Source of the DNA: Octopus sinensis
Taxonomy: Eukaryota
NCBI RefSeq assembly: GCF_006345805.1
Contig: NC_042998.1
Location: 17,794,001-17,858,000, forward strand
Length of the DNA stretch: 64,000 nucleotides
Direction of reading: 5' to 3'
The notes under the pieces: model-generated
What the model was told of the DNA's origin: nothing
Database searches by the model: none
What the model saw: the letters and a program-made list of their open reading frames with translations, nothing else
Part shown: positions 1-14,529 of the stretch, piece after piece
Position numbering within the stretch: position 1 is the stretch's first letter
Layout: every line of letters begins with the position of its first letter
Program-made: the position numbers and the translations under genes

Positions 1-1154
1 GTATTTGGGTTCTACCGAAAGTAATACAGGACTCAGCATAACATTTTATTGAGTGGCGTACGCCGTTCAAATTCCGAACGTTGGTTTATTAACTTCTCCT
101 CAATAGTAACTCCCTTTCCTGTTATTTTTCGTGGTGGGCAAATAAGAGATTCCTAGCTGGAGCATTATACCGTCATTAACATCTTGACTAAATAACGGGA
201 TGTTCGCTATTTACGAATATGACACACTTGAAGAGTAACATACAGAGATGTATCGAAATGAACAAAGAAGAGGAATCTAGTACTATAGACCACCGAAGTA
301 TCAGGAGACTTGCAACAGCGACCACTGACACGAATCATCAACGAGAAGTCGACTTTATTGGTGAGGGCAGACAAGTCACAATCCATGAATTTGTGGCATA
401 ATTGGACGGTACATTACAAGCCATTACAAAACTTGGTGGAAAACTTTGGGCGTTGAATTGTGTGTGAAACATGGAAACCCCGGCAACTAACATGGAGTTT
501 AAAGGAAAAACGTATGGATGTCTGTTCTGACGTAGTAGAAAATTATGAAGCAAATGAGAACACGTTTATTACAATATGATTACAAAGCATGAAACTTAGG
601 TATATCATCGTGATCCGGGGAAAGATACAGCCATATCTCAAAAATTTGCATATATCTGTTACAACCCAGGCCTAATGTACACTCACACACACGCTCACAC
701 ACACATGCACTCACATACATACACTCACACACACACACACATATGCACTCATACACAAATATAGGTGTGTGTGTGTTTGTGTTTTGTGTTTTGTGTAGTG
801 CCTGTGTCTGAATAAAGAGAGAGAGAGAGGGAAGAGAAAGAGACAGACAGACAGACAGATATAGGTTACATGTATATAGCTGTGTGTGTGTTTGTGTAAT
901 TATGCGTGTTTTGATCCATTGAAATCTTTACGACAAAGACAACTACTTCCTCCCAGTCTCGACAAAAACAGGCTAGATTTGCATGTTTGAATTCTAAAAT
1001 ATTTCAGAAGTCGTAATTATCTATTGACTAATGATTGCCTGTCAGTTCGCCACTTTGGTTGTCTGAATATCATAACATTTTGAGATTACTAATTCGGCAA
1101 TAGCATCACACAAGTACACACAAACATACATACATACATACATACATATATACA

Positions 1155-1187
<33 letters not shown>

Positions 1188-1382
1188 GCATTAACACATA
1201 CACACACATGCACACACACATACATATTCATATACATATATATGTGTGTATATATATATATATCTATGTATGTATGTATATATCTAATATATCTATATAT
1301 ACATATACAGATATATACTTATACATATATATACATATATATATTTAAAAAAGGAGATGTGGAACACGAGTTGTGATATATA

Positions 1383-1547
1383 AAAAAAGGAAATGAAGAA
1401 AATGCTGACAAAATAATTTAAGTAAGGGAGAGCGTATTTAATTAGGTGAAGGTTCATTTTACCAACCGGTTAAAAAGAACTTTCACCTAATTAAATACAC
1501 TCTCCCTTACTTAAATTATTTTGTCAGCATTTTCTTCATTTCCTTTT

Positions 1548-1548
<1 letters not shown>
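1383..1548. repeat. Foldback (inverted repeat) with about 72 bp arms
   Basis: aaaaaaggaaatgaagaaaatgctgacaaaa...ttaggtgaaggttc (1383-1456) is the reverse complement of gaactttcacctaa...ttcatttccttttt (1477-1548), with about 2 mismatches. Confidence 0.9.
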
Positions 1549-1621
<73 letters not shown>

Positions 1622-2479
1622 TTATATATAAAAAAACAAGAACGTGAAATGCACAAAGAGACGAACACAAAAAACGGACGGGTCATTCGAAGCCTTTAAT
1701 CTTCAGTCAGAAACCGGATCATCATAGCAAATTTCGGCTATATCATTCAACTACGGTAGTAATTTAATAATATTCTTAAGGCCGCAATTTACTCACACGT
1801 AGCATCATTTAGAGCTTATCGCTCATTCAGTTCTTAAACAAATTGAAAACATTGTTAAAATTTTTGTTGAGGACTGGTTTCTATCTACATTTTGACATAA
1901 AAAAGATGAAATTTCGTCCAGTAGAAAAAAGTTTACATCAAAATTTGCAGCAAAAGTAAGTAATGCCAACAATCAACTTTAGATCTAAATAACTCTTTTT
2001 TTATTTTCAAAGCAAAATATATTTATCTTAGCTTCAACGGTAGCAGAAAGCATGAAGAATTTCATAGTTTTGGCCCCATGCAACAAAACTTTGTATAAAA
2101 AAAAATAGTGAGGTAAAAAATAACGAAAAAATATCTAAGTCAAAGAAATGGATTTAAGTATAATTAACTTTTATCTTTTAAAAACAAACTATATTTTAAT
2201 TAAGCTTAAATGATAGATCTCAATTCGTGGAATTTCATGGTATCAATCTCATGCAATGAAGTTTTCAAAGAAAAAAGTCATGAGTGTTTGTTTCTCAAAT
2301 TTGAGGATAATAATATAATTATATACTCTTTTTATGAATATGGTTCTATAAGGGACTTTTAATGTATGTCAACGGTATCATTGGGGTGAGGAAAAACTTA
2401 TAAACGACACCGCTAATTGACACATTTGGCACATCTGTTTATACTATAATAGAGAAAGCGGCTTATAAAAATACCCATA

Positions 2480-2760
2480 GGCGCAGGAGTGGCTGTGTGG
2501 TAAGTAGCTTGCTAACCAGCCACATGGTTCCGGGTTCAGTCCCACTGCGTGGCATCTTCGGCAAGTGTCTTCTGCTATAGCCCCGGGCCGACCAATGCCT
2601 TGTGAGTGGATTTGGTACACGGAAACTGAAAGAAGCCTGTCGTATATGTGTATATATGTATATATACAAAGAATAATTCCCGGGATCGATTTGCTCGACT
2701 AAAGGCGGTGCTCCAGCATGGCCGCAGTCAAATGACTGAAACAAGTAAAAGAGTAAAGAG
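2480..2760 (+). mobile_element. tRNA-derived SINE family A (internally deleted copy)
   Basis: Head ggcgcaggagtggctgtgtggtaagtagcttg...ggttccgggttcagtcccactgcg (pol III A/B-box-like) and tail gcatggccgcagtcaaatgactgaaacaagtaaaagagtaaagag. Confidence 0.85.
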
Positions 2761-4235
2761 TATATATTTTTTGGTAAAAGAATTTAAAAGTGATTTGTTG
2801 TTGTGGCTTTTTGGAACGCTATGAACCTTACAATAATAACTATCCGGATCGATTTTGGACATTTTTCTTTTTAACTTAAAAACCATGGGAGTAGCCTTTT
2901 TGGTAAAAAAAAAAAACAATGCATAAAACAAAACAAACTGTAAATATTTTCAGAGGTAAACGTGAACAATTTACGGAAGGTTTCGCTGTTGTTTCTAGCA
3001 CAACCCAAACCACCCTCTCTTTTCACTGTCACATTTATTGATGTTTTCTCACTATTTTTCTCCTACTTAAACACATTTTATGAAATGATAATGCCGAAGT
3101 AATACACGCATGGTCCATTGTTGGAAGAAAAACAACAAAATAAATCGTAATCTAAATTTTTAACACCACGGTCGTTTTGAAACAGTGACCTGTTGACTGA
3201 CAAAACTTCGTGCTGCATCACTTTTGTGAAGTTATGTCAGTGAACAGGTCGCGGTTACAAAGCGACGTAAATATTTTGACACAAATGAAATTTTAATGTT
3301 GAAGTGAAACTAACGGCTTTTGTGTGTTCTTGAATGGCTTACAAGCATCACCCACGCTGCAATTGTTTTTGTTTCAGCACACGATCTCAGATCAAATCAC
3401 TTGCTATGCAAGTACATTTCTGTAATATTTTAAAATCACTGTGGATAAATGCCAGCAATGACTTTCTCAGGCTCTCTAATATATTAATTTCTAAACAGAA
3501 ACAATCGGAGGCAGTGAATGGGATTGCTAACAATTCAAAATTTCTCAAATTTTCTTTTTTATAACATAAAAATGTATTTATTAGTGGGGGAATATTGAAA
3601 AACATCAATACATGCAAGAGTGATGCAGAAACGAGGAGGGTGATAAAGAAACGCGGAGCATATGCTAGAAACAACAGCCTAATTCCCCTTAACTCACTCA
3701 TTTTTACTGTAAATGCTATTCCCATGGTTTTGAAGTGCAAAAATAAAAATTGGCCAAATAGGTCCGGAGTGTGATGATGTAAAAATAAAAAGTATTTTCA
3801 AATCCTTTTCATGCAAAGATGCCCCTCCCCCAAGCTATCATTTCGAAGGCTCTGATTTTTTAAAAAATGAGGAAAATCCTGAAAAATGTTTCCCTACAAA
3901 TTTCTTTCAAATCGTAATCTATGCAGTGTAAAAGGGATTTGTATAAATTTTCATTAAAAGTTACACATTTTCCTGAAAGTTATGAGAGAGAAAATTCTGG
4001 TCGTGTGAATTTTCCAAAATTCCTCTCCCCCACACCCTCGGAAAAATTCATTTCCATAAATCCCTATATACTCTGAAGTCACAACATTTAAGCGGTATTT
4101 GTAGAAAATTTCGTTAAAAAGTATCCATTATTATGGATGTTATAACGCAACAAAATCGGGGGCGTATATATCTGTAGTAATGCCCTTTATTTATACAATT
4201 TTTCATTTCATGTTTATTTCACTCATTGTTTGCAA

Positions 4236-4312
<77 letters not shown>

Positions 4313-7300
4313 ACACATACACACACACACTACAATAATATCTATGTTGCTTTGAGAGGAAGGTAAAACTTGAAATATTGCTTCTACCTCTGTTGTTGGA
4401 CTACCGTGATTTTTGTTTAAAATGGAGAGAATATAACTATGATAAAATAATGAAATTAATATTTACTAAGCAAGTGAGCACTATTATACAAAGAAATATT
4501 TAGGCGTAAAATATAAGAATTATTAGAATTGAGAATCAAATGTGAAAATATTACGAATGGGATAGCAGAAAACCGCCCGGGGGTAGGTCTTTCTGTTAGT
4601 TATTAATTAGCATAATAGCATATCCTAGAAAAAACATGGATTATATGAAAAAATGCGAGCAAGAGAAATAATATTCTTAAGATTATAAAACTGGAAAAGT
4701 ACAGGACTACTTATTACACTTGGAAAAGTTCAGGACAAGTTATTACATCTGGTAAAGTACAGAACAAGAAAATTCTTACTTAAAAGTCTGCAGCCAAGAA
4801 TAAAATTTGGTTATTAAAAATCATTTTATTTTAATTTACATAATAACATTTATAATTTTAAAAAAGGTACTATCACACTAGAATACTTGAGAAATGAAAG
4901 CCAGAAGTACCAATATAGCTAAAGTTGGGACAAGGCTAAAAATGTGAAGAATTGGCAATAACTTAGACAATAGCTCAAGCAAATTTTAATGTGAATTTGT
5001 TGTTATAGGTAGATTTTACTGTAATATATAACTAATTATTATTGTATTATTCTGTTTATTGTACTAATTGTGTACTAATATAATTTTTTATAATCTATTT
5101 TTCAAATTTCTCATTATTAATTAAAAATTAAAAAATGAATTCTTTTAAAGTGCAAAAAGTATTTTAAGTTATTTTTTTAATTTTTAATAGAATTAACAAG
5201 TAATAACAAATAGAAGTAATAACTTGTAAAAAATTATAGTTGTTATAAAAGCTAATATTTTCTAAATCTAAATATTTTATTTGAAATTTTATCCTTCGCT
5301 GCAATATTGATGAAGGTGTAGTTTACATTAGAAAGTTCCCGTTACCACATAACGGCACGAGATTCGAGAGATGTCATATCCGGGCAGTACAGGCAATGGA
5401 TGGTCTTCACAGGAAGAAAATGGAGCGTAAGATAACTGTTAAAATAGTAGATAAGAGTCTGGAAGTGGAAAAAGTCAAAGAGCAGTGTAAAACACAGTGG
5501 TTAGCGACAACGGATAAGAGGCAAAAGGATGTCCGGCAAAAGTAATCAAAGCAGGCGAGATGTCAAAAATCAAACAATTCTTACACGAAAATCGTACTAT
5601 TAAGTATCCGGGTTACAAAGAAAATACATAAGAAGCGTATACGACAAAGGATAGTAGTGATAATGGAACCTGCAAGATTTGTATATTCTATGAGTGGCAT
5701 GCAGTTTGCCTCATTTTTATTCCAATCTTTAATATAGGAGCCAGAGTAGCATTGCTGGTTTCTGATAATGCGGGGACTATATTTCGATAGATTTTATTTT
5801 CACACGTATATGATCCCTTGCAGACTACGGTTGAGATAAAACGCCAAGCCATGCGCATAATTGCTGACCAACTAAGCGAGCAATACTACAACGTGTATGT
5901 GCGGGGAATCAACCACAATTGCAACCTCTTGCTTTTCCCAAGGTCGGCAGAATTGATAAAATAGACGTCTAAATAAAGGAAATCTGAGATCCAGATTAAA
6001 GCCTGCTAATTATTACAAGGTGCAGGTGAGGTAGCTATGAAATAAGTGGTAGGTTTCTAAGCCAAATTACAAAAACGAAACAACTCCCTTGACACTGAGC
6101 ATGACAAACCTCATTGTTTAGTTAAGGCGCTGTAGGGAAGAAAACAAATGAAAGGAATAGATAACATTATAAAAGACTTAGGGTATATGAGAATGAACGG
6201 TGACCTTAGTTGAGGCAGGATGTTGGGGATTGGTACAAGCTTGCATCATATAAAGAATATTAGCGAAAACGTGGTTCACGAAAAAGCTTCACTACAGATG
6301 TGAAAGATCTTTGCGAGAGAAAAAAAATTCAAATCTGATTTTGAAGAATAAATTCACAATGAGCAGTAAGAAGATTCAGGTGGTGCGTAGCTAAAATGGT
6401 TACACTCCTATCCAATTTGGTGCGCTACATGTTTGAATATTGGACGCGTGAACAAAAAGAAACCGGAGATTTTCTCTTTGTGTCAACGGTTTCTAGCATC
6501 GCTGCAGGTTACTAAGTTGCCTTCATCTCCTGTCTCTGGTCGACACCTGATGAAAGGAAGATCACACAGAACAATTTCTATGTGTGAGTGTATGTTTATA
6601 TTTGCATTTACATACATTCATGTATGTCTGTGTATGTATGTATATATATATATATATATATAGATATATATATATACATTCATAAATATACATTATCACA
6701 TATCTGTATGCACACAGATATACATAAATTATACATTATATATGTGTATGTATATGTGCACTTGTGTGTGTGCGTGTACATGCATGTAGCTAAAACCTCC
6801 TTTATCAAGGAATCTTAATTAATTTTGTTGTTTCCGTTGTTGTTTTTCTGTTATTATCGTTGTTGTTTTGTCTTGTCAATGTCTTCTGGCTACATATAAG
6901 TATAGTGAGTTTTTGCATCAAACTATATATTACTAATAAATATATATTCATTGTAGTTCATAAAAAATACACATTATCTATGCCTATATATTAATTTTCT
7001 TTCATTTCCTTTTTAATCGACACCTGTATGATTGAATTGTAATATAGTCACACTACTAGTACATCTGTATCTTGCAAAGTGGTAACATTACTTCAGCTGT
7101 AAAGTATCTTGTTTACTTTTTCTTTTTCCCTTGATTAACGAGTCTACCCTCAGGATACAATTTAGACAGCGAAATGTCGAATGAGTGCGATTCTCTTGAA
7201 GTTGTTTTTGTTTGATTTTGTTGCCTCAATCATACATTTATATTAACTAAATATTCGCGATTACACCTATTGTGTTTCTGTTTCTCTATATTTCTTATGT

Positions 7301-7338
7301 TTATGAGTGTTTTATGTTTATGGTGATGATGATGATAA

Positions 7339-7369
<31 letters not shown>

Positions 7370-7925
7370 ATATTTTGTTTGTTTCACGTCTTTTTCTCCT
7401 ACATTTATTGTTTGTTTAATGAATTTACCCGGAAGTCCTGTGAGACACAGATAAATATTATATTGACGAATACTCCAGGAAAAATAAACTGGTGTTATTA
7501 ACCCTTCCCTAGCCATTCTTGATGAAGCAGTCTTCGAATATCCAAGTAAGTTTATATAAACTGCTACGTAGGCAAAAGGGTTCTTCTTCCGGTGGTGAAA
7601 GCACCAACCCCGCACGCGCGAAATACAAATGGACGGTGCGCGAGCGCGCGCCGTTGTATAGGATCACTACATATATAATATATATATATATATATATACA
7701 CTTACATATACATATATATATATACTCACATACACATATACATATTCATGTACATAAGTGTGGTAGTGTGGTAAGAAGCTTGCTTACCAACCTCATGGTT
7801 ACGGGTTCAATCTCACTGCGTAGCATTTTGGGAGGTGCCTTCTGCTATAGCCTCGTGCCAACCAATACCTTGTTAGTGGATTTGGGAGACGGAAACTGAA
7901 AGAAACCCGTCGTGTATATATATAC

Positions 7926-7976
<51 letters not shown>

Positions 7977-8594
7977 TATATATATTAATATACTTCGAGA
8001 CAATTTGGTTAAAAGCTTTCGGTAAAAGCTGCTGCTAGAATCAAATTCGGACAGAGAGAATATACGTGTTGTACCTTCGATAGCCCTGTCTCAAGTCGCT
8101 GCTTGCTGGACGCGGGTTTCTTTCAGTTTCCGTCTCCCAAATCCACTAACAAGGTATTGGTTGGCACGAGGCTATAGCAGAAGGCACCTCCCAAAATGCT
8201 ACGCAGTGAGATTGAACCCGTAACCATGAGGTTGGTAAGCAGCTTCTTACCACACTACCACACTTATGTACATGATATGTATATGTGTATGAGGTATATA
8301 TATTATATGTATATGTAAGTGTATATATATTATATAATATATATATATATATATGTAGTGATCCTATACAACGGCGCGCGCTCGCGCACCGTCCATTTGT
8401 ATTCGCGCGTGCGGGGTTGGTGCTTTCACCACCGGAAGAAGAACCCTTTTGCCTACGTAGCAGTTAGCCGAGGCAAGGGGATCGTAATACGTTGACCACC
8501 AGCGTCCAGCAAGCAGCAGACTTGAGACATGGCTATCGAAGGTACAACACGTATATCGAAGGTACACACACGTATATATATATATTATATATAT

Positions 8595-8628
<34 letters not shown>

Positions 8629-9663
8629 CGACGGGTTTCTTCAGTTTCCGTCTCCCAAATCCACTAACAGGTATTGGTTGGCACGAGGCTATAGCAAAAG
8701 GCACCTCCCAAAATGCTACGCAGTGAGATTGAACCCGTAACCATGAGGTTGGTAAGCAAGCTTCTTACCAACTACCACACTTATGTCACATGAATATGTA
8801 TATGTGTATGTGAGTATATATATATGTATATGTAAGTGTATATTATATATATATATGTAGTGATCCTATACAGGGCGCGCCACTCGCGCACCGTCCATTT
8901 GTATTGCGCGTGTGGCGGGTGGTGCTTTCAACACCGGAAGAAGAACCCTTTTGCCTACGTAGCAGTTAGCCGAGGCAAGGGGATCGTAAGACGTTGACCA
9001 CCAGCGTCCAGCAAGCAGCGACTGAGACATGGCTATCGAAGGTACAACACGTATATTCTCTCTGTCCGAATTTGATTCTAGCAGCAGCTTTTACCGAAAG
9101 CTTTTAACCAATTGTTGCAGACTACATCATCTTCCTTCTCCGGACGCCATCTTTGACAAGTGTCGTTTTTGCATTTGAACACTTTCTATTTTACAGCGAT
9201 AAGGTTCAGCTGAGACACATCTATACTAAAGGGATGCCAGATACACCAATTATCTGTTACCACATAAGAGAATAAAGTAGATATATATTATTTACGTCTG
9301 CGTCTTGTTTGTTTCTGACGGGTAGAATTCTGGATTATTAAAGCAACGGAAAGTGATTGCTTCTCGCACCCCCAAAAAGTCCAGAGAAGATAATTCACAC
9401 ATGTCGTTACATATACTTACATATACATAAATATATATATATATATATACACGACTGTAGAATTTTTAATATGAAATTTACTTTTATGTTTTACCAACAT
9501 GTGCAACTTTGTACGTGGTATTGGCAAATGGAACATGTTTAATGGTGAATAAACAGTACCAAAAATTTTCGAACTACCTGCCTTGTTAAGTAATAACTCT
9601 GCAAACAATATTTCCAGAATTTTCAACCCTAATATGTAAAACGCATCATTATCTAAGAAAGCG

Positions 9664-9696
<33 letters not shown>

Positions 9697-9891
9697 CTAT
9701 ATATATATATATATGTATTATGTAGTGTGTGTGTACGTATGTATGTATGCATTTATTTATATATGTATATATGTAGTCATCCTATAAATAATGTGGTTTT
9801 TTATTTTCCAAAATTAAAATAAAGTTCTTTTTAAATCTAAAATATACTCTCCTTCATTTCATTTTCTACAATACTCTGCCATCTATATATG

Positions 9892-10059
<168 letters not shown>

Positions 10060-10357
10060 AGGCGGGTGAGAGTGAGAGAAAGAGAGCGAGAGAGAAATCT
10101 GTAAATGTATAACCTAATTTTAATTTGTGTTACTTCTCATACATTCAATAACGAACGTACGTACATTCATACGTACTCAAGATGTACGATACTTCACTTT
10201 CTGACTGATCACTAGATCTCAGAAACACATGTGTAGGATTGCCAGCAATATCCTCTCTCTTATATCTGGAGTCAGAGAATGAATTTTCCGGAAAATAACT
10301 ATCTACGAAGAACTACTACGAAGTACTGTCTCGGTTCTCTTCTCTTTCGTCTGTCAT

Positions 10358-10760
10358 ATCTTTATATATAAAAGTGAAGTTGTGTGTCTGTCTCCTATGA
10401 TTTAGATTCCTAACTACTCCCACATTTTGCGGTGGCAGTGTAACCAAAACCGGGTATCTTTATAGTCCGTGATTCATATCGAGCCCTTCTGGGTATTAGC
10501 GCGCGTCTACGATGAGTCTACGATTTAAAAAAAAATTTACCATCCTTTTTTTTCCATTTTAATGCATTTTTTGCTATTATATAAGGGAAGTAACTCTCTA
10601 AAAATGTCTACGATGAGTCAACGATTTTAAAAAAATTTACCATAATTTTTTTTCCATTTTTAATGCATATTTTTGCTATTTTTGGGCTATAACTCTCTAA
10701 AAATGCTTATATAGTTATTTCCCTTACAAATCCGAGCAACGCCGGGCGATACTGCTAGTT
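10358..10760 (-). mobile_element. Helentron/Helitron-like non-autonomous element (about 400 bp family)
   Basis: Starts (t)actagcagtatcgcccggcgttgctcgg and ends cttttatatataaagat, with internal subrepeats. Near-identical to the copies at 28106 and 53558. The Helentron label is inferred from the terminal motifs. Confidence 0.7.
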
Positions 10761-11204
10761 AGAGTATAAAATTTCCGGGTATTTACCCTGCAATGAAGAA
10801 CTACTCTGAACTTTTGCTTTCCTGATTTTCTTCCTTTGCTGCTAATTTATATTTATAATCACGCGTGTATAACAATTTTATAACTGTTTTGATGTCATTA
10901 TCAACCACCAATTCATGTTTGATTTTACATTACTTTCATGAGTTTCATCGCAATATTGTGCATCGCGAAACTATATTTGTCTGGATACAATCTCCCATCC
11001 TTTGACATTGGATTGGATATTTGGTCCGTCTGAACACTAATTGCGTGTACTAATTATGGGCCTTTTGACGTACGCCTGCTCATTATTTCATTATGTGTGT
11101 GTGTGAATAAATATACATACATATATACATAATATACATATATATATATAATATACATATACATACATATGTAAATACATATATATACATATATATATAT
11201 ATAT

Positions 11205-11304
11205 NNNNNNNNNNNNNNNNNNNNNNNNNNNNNNNNNNNNNNNNNNNNNNNNNNNNNNNNNNNNNNNNNNNNNNNNNNNNNNNNNNNNNNNNNNNNNNNN
11301 NNNN
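11205..11304. other. Assembly gap (100 N) inside a (TA)/(TATG) microsatellite field
   Basis: Run of 100 N flanked by simple repeats. Confidence 0.98.
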
Positions 11305-11397
11305 TGTATGTATATGTATATATATATATATATATGCATATATATGTATATGTATATCTTTACACACAACAAACAAATATATGCCAAATATATTTTG

Positions 11398-11438
<41 letters not shown>

Positions 11439-11496
11439 TATATATGTATATGTGTATGTGCATTTATTCAAACTATGTGCGTATGTATATACATAC

Positions 11497-11542
<46 letters not shown>

Positions 11543-11636
11543 TGTGTGTATATTATATATATATACATACTTACAAACGCGTATAGCTGATATATGCACG
11601 CACGCACGCACACACATACGCATACACACAGAAACT

Positions 11637-11678
<42 letters not shown>

Positions 11679-12619
11679 TGTATGTATGTATGTATGTATG
11701 CTTGCGTGCGCGCCTACGTGTGTCTGTGTGTGGGCGTCTATATGTATAAGTATACATCTGTGTATGCTTGTGCGTATACAGTTACACACATGCACATATA
11801 TGCATGCATACACATATACCTACATTCAAAACTACAAGTGTACACCTCATTCCAAATTAAGCACTTGCTCTATAATGATGCAATAAATACATCCATGTTC
11901 TATCTGCGGCTTCACTTATCGCGGACTGGTAATTCTTCCCATCCCGTATTCTATTAACTCCGGTATTTCTCGAATTTAGTTTGTATCTCTTACCCTTTTA
12001 CTCTTTTACTTGTTTCAATCAGTTGACTGCGGCCATGCTGGAGCACCGCCTTTTAGTCGAGCAAATCGACCCCCACAGGACTTCTCATTCTTTGCAAGCC
12101 TACAACATATTCTATCGATCTCCTTTTGCCGAACCGCTAAGTTACGGGGACGTAAACACAACACCATCGGTTGTCAAGCGAGGTGTCCCAGATGAACCAA
12201 CTTTTCTCCACTATTCCAAAAGCGTAGTATTTCACTACAAATCATTCATTATACGCTACGCTACGCTACGCTCCAACAGATCGCCGTCCCATGCAGCATA
12301 GTAATAATAATATTATGCCTTACAAACCAATGACCTTGATGTCATTTGCTATCAGCAGCTGATTGTATGTTTTCCGCCATCCATACGATCGTAGCACAGC
12401 TGACATTTTCGAACTCACCTAGGAGATTTGAGAACGACAACATCTATTATTTATTTGCCATTATGTATTAATCCTCAGGTTGCACTGTAAATGCGTGACC
12501 TTCAAGTTGAGGCTATTACCAACGGTTACTTACTTTCAATTCCCTTTTATGTCTCGTTTGTGGCACCATCCATCCCATATGCAGTTCAAAATACGTAATT
12601 GCTAATGCATCTTACATAC

Positions 12620-12665
12620 ACAACCTACGAACATGTCTGTATATGTGTGGATATATATACTGCAT

Positions 12666-12705
<40 letters not shown>

Positions 12706-12745
12706 ACATACATACATACATACATATATATATATATATATTATA

Positions 12746-12782
<37 letters not shown>

Positions 12783-12835
12783 GTATACATACATACATAC
12801 ATACATACATATATTATATATATATACATATATAG

Positions 12836-12928
<93 letters not shown>

Positions 12929-12930
12929 CA
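12620..12930. repeat. (TA)n/(TACA)n microsatellite field, representative of dozens in the window
   Basis: Simple repeats. Other large fields: 1551-1618, 9880-10058, 11085-11700, 24120-24240, 26040-26580, 27610-27685 (TAGA), 31600-31880, 36930-37190, 42490-42715, 49890-49990 (TAGA), 55260-55660. Confidence 0.98.
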
Positions 12931-13393
12931 CCTGTGCATACACACACAACGGAACTATGTCTTGCATGCTTAGATTATCATGCACACACATACATGCTTG
13001 CGGTGTATGTATCTATTGATGTGTTTCTGCATGTATGTGTATATGCATGTGTGTGTATATATACACATGCACATATATACCCACGCACACGCATACGCAC
13101 ACACTCACGCACACACACTCACACCGACGTTTTTTCTTTATTTATTTTTTTTATTATTTTATCTAGTTTCAGCTCACGAGCTGTGGCCATGCTGGAGCAC
13201 CGCCATTTGTATTTATATGTATTTATATGTGGTTATATTTCTGTATGTGTGTGCATATGCTTACATACACACATATATACGTACACATGTACAACTAGAG
13301 ACAGACAAATTCCCATACATATAACAGGGAGATACAAGCGAGAGAAGGTGGTGAAAGACTCACATAGGATGAATGTGATTTTTTTCTGACATA

Positions 13394-13906
13394 CCGTAAA
13401 TCCTCGAGTATAACCCGCATTTTCCCCCAAAAATTTAACGGTCGAAATCCCTAGTGCGTACTATATACGAGGTTAAAAATGAAAATTATTTTCTAAGCAA
13501 TGTCCGAGTCTCTATTTGCTGTCCGGCAATATTTTATTCAGGCGCATTTTGTGATGTCGGGCGCGAAAATACCTTAAGCTAAGCCTGGAAGCAATGAAGT
13601 CATAAAAGAATCATCCATAACTTGCAGTAAGCAACATTTATTAAACGTTATTACTGTTATTTCTTTATTTTCTGCAAACAAAATGCACAAAAAAGCTACA
13701 CGTTTGCATTATGTGATATATACAATAATAATAAAGGACGTTATCGTATACATTTTTACAAACCAAGGACGTTATATAGACTTCCTTCACTCAAGTTAGA
13801 GAAAGGGGTGCGTATTATACAAAAGATTTAGGTCTTTCAGAGGTACAGCCCCCTAAAATCCTCTGCGTATTATACTCAAGGGCGGACTATACTCGAGGAT
13901 TTACGG
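13394..13906. mobile_element. Tc2/pogo-like MITE
   Basis: TA TSD and TIRs ccgtaaatcctcgagtata / tatactcgaggatttacgg. A second, inverted copy is at 21493-21954. Confidence 0.8.
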
Positions 13907-14152
13907 TACTTTTCTTTCCGTTTTATTGTTTTATTTGCAGCTTTTATCCTAAAGAATTATGTGGGGAGGGGACATTTTCCTGAATTTATATTCTTCTTAC
14001 CACTGAAATCGTTGTAACTTCAGTAATTTTTTTGTAAGACTATTAATTATCGTTTCTAGCTTCAAACAACAAATGTAATAAAAAATATGTTAATTATTTT
14101 TTCTTTTTGGATTTGGTTTGCAAGATTCTTTATGTGAGTTCGTGTGTTGAAG

Positions 14153-14514
14153 CATATTTTGTTGTGTCCGAGGAGAGTCATTTTCTTTTTGTGCCTTATA
14201 GTGTAACACACTCACCGGTAAAATTTCCACTTATTCCTTATTTTTGTTTCCCTAAAATTTTCGTTGCGTCTTGCAACCTTTTCAAAAGTCTTGATACACA
14301 CACACACACACTGACCCACACACATGCGCACAAACAAACAAAAAGGAACGCCAGTGTAAATAACGGACAGAATCAAAACTATTGAAAAGGTTGCAAGACG
14401 CAACGAAAATTTTAGGAAAATAAAAATAAGAAATAAGTGGAAATTTTACCGGGGAGTGTGTTAAATTATAAGGCACAAAAAGAAAATGACTCTCCCCAGA
14501 CACAACAGAATATG
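14153..14514. repeat. Foldback with about 140 bp arms around a (CA)n spacer
   Basis: The left arm (about 14153-14295) is the reverse complement of the right arm (about 14372-14514). A solo arm recurs at about 61728-61828. Confidence 0.9.
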
Positions 14515-14529
14515 AAATTTTGTTTTTTA

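Noticed and set aside
219-600. 60-aa ORF and weak RTE-like RLYW.G motif
   Set aside because: It may be a very old LINE tail, but the frames are broken and the similarity is too weak to support.
1675-1740. HHR-like CUGAAGA on the minus strand in a (TA)n-flanked repeat
   Set aside because: It is followed by GAAU rather than GAAA and no stem II forms.
5340-6000. Possible minus-strand PLE endonuclease remnant (GCNCG, NLSKY) with a UUGAUGA...GAAAG motif near 5306
   Set aside because: Too many stops and too little motif agreement to call without a profile search.
6340-6420. Minus-strand LLTAHC, resembling the His57 motif of a serine protease
   Set aside because: It lacks the TAAHC and upstream CGG pattern, has no good splice sites, and lies 3' of the protease gene, so it cannot be the missing exon.
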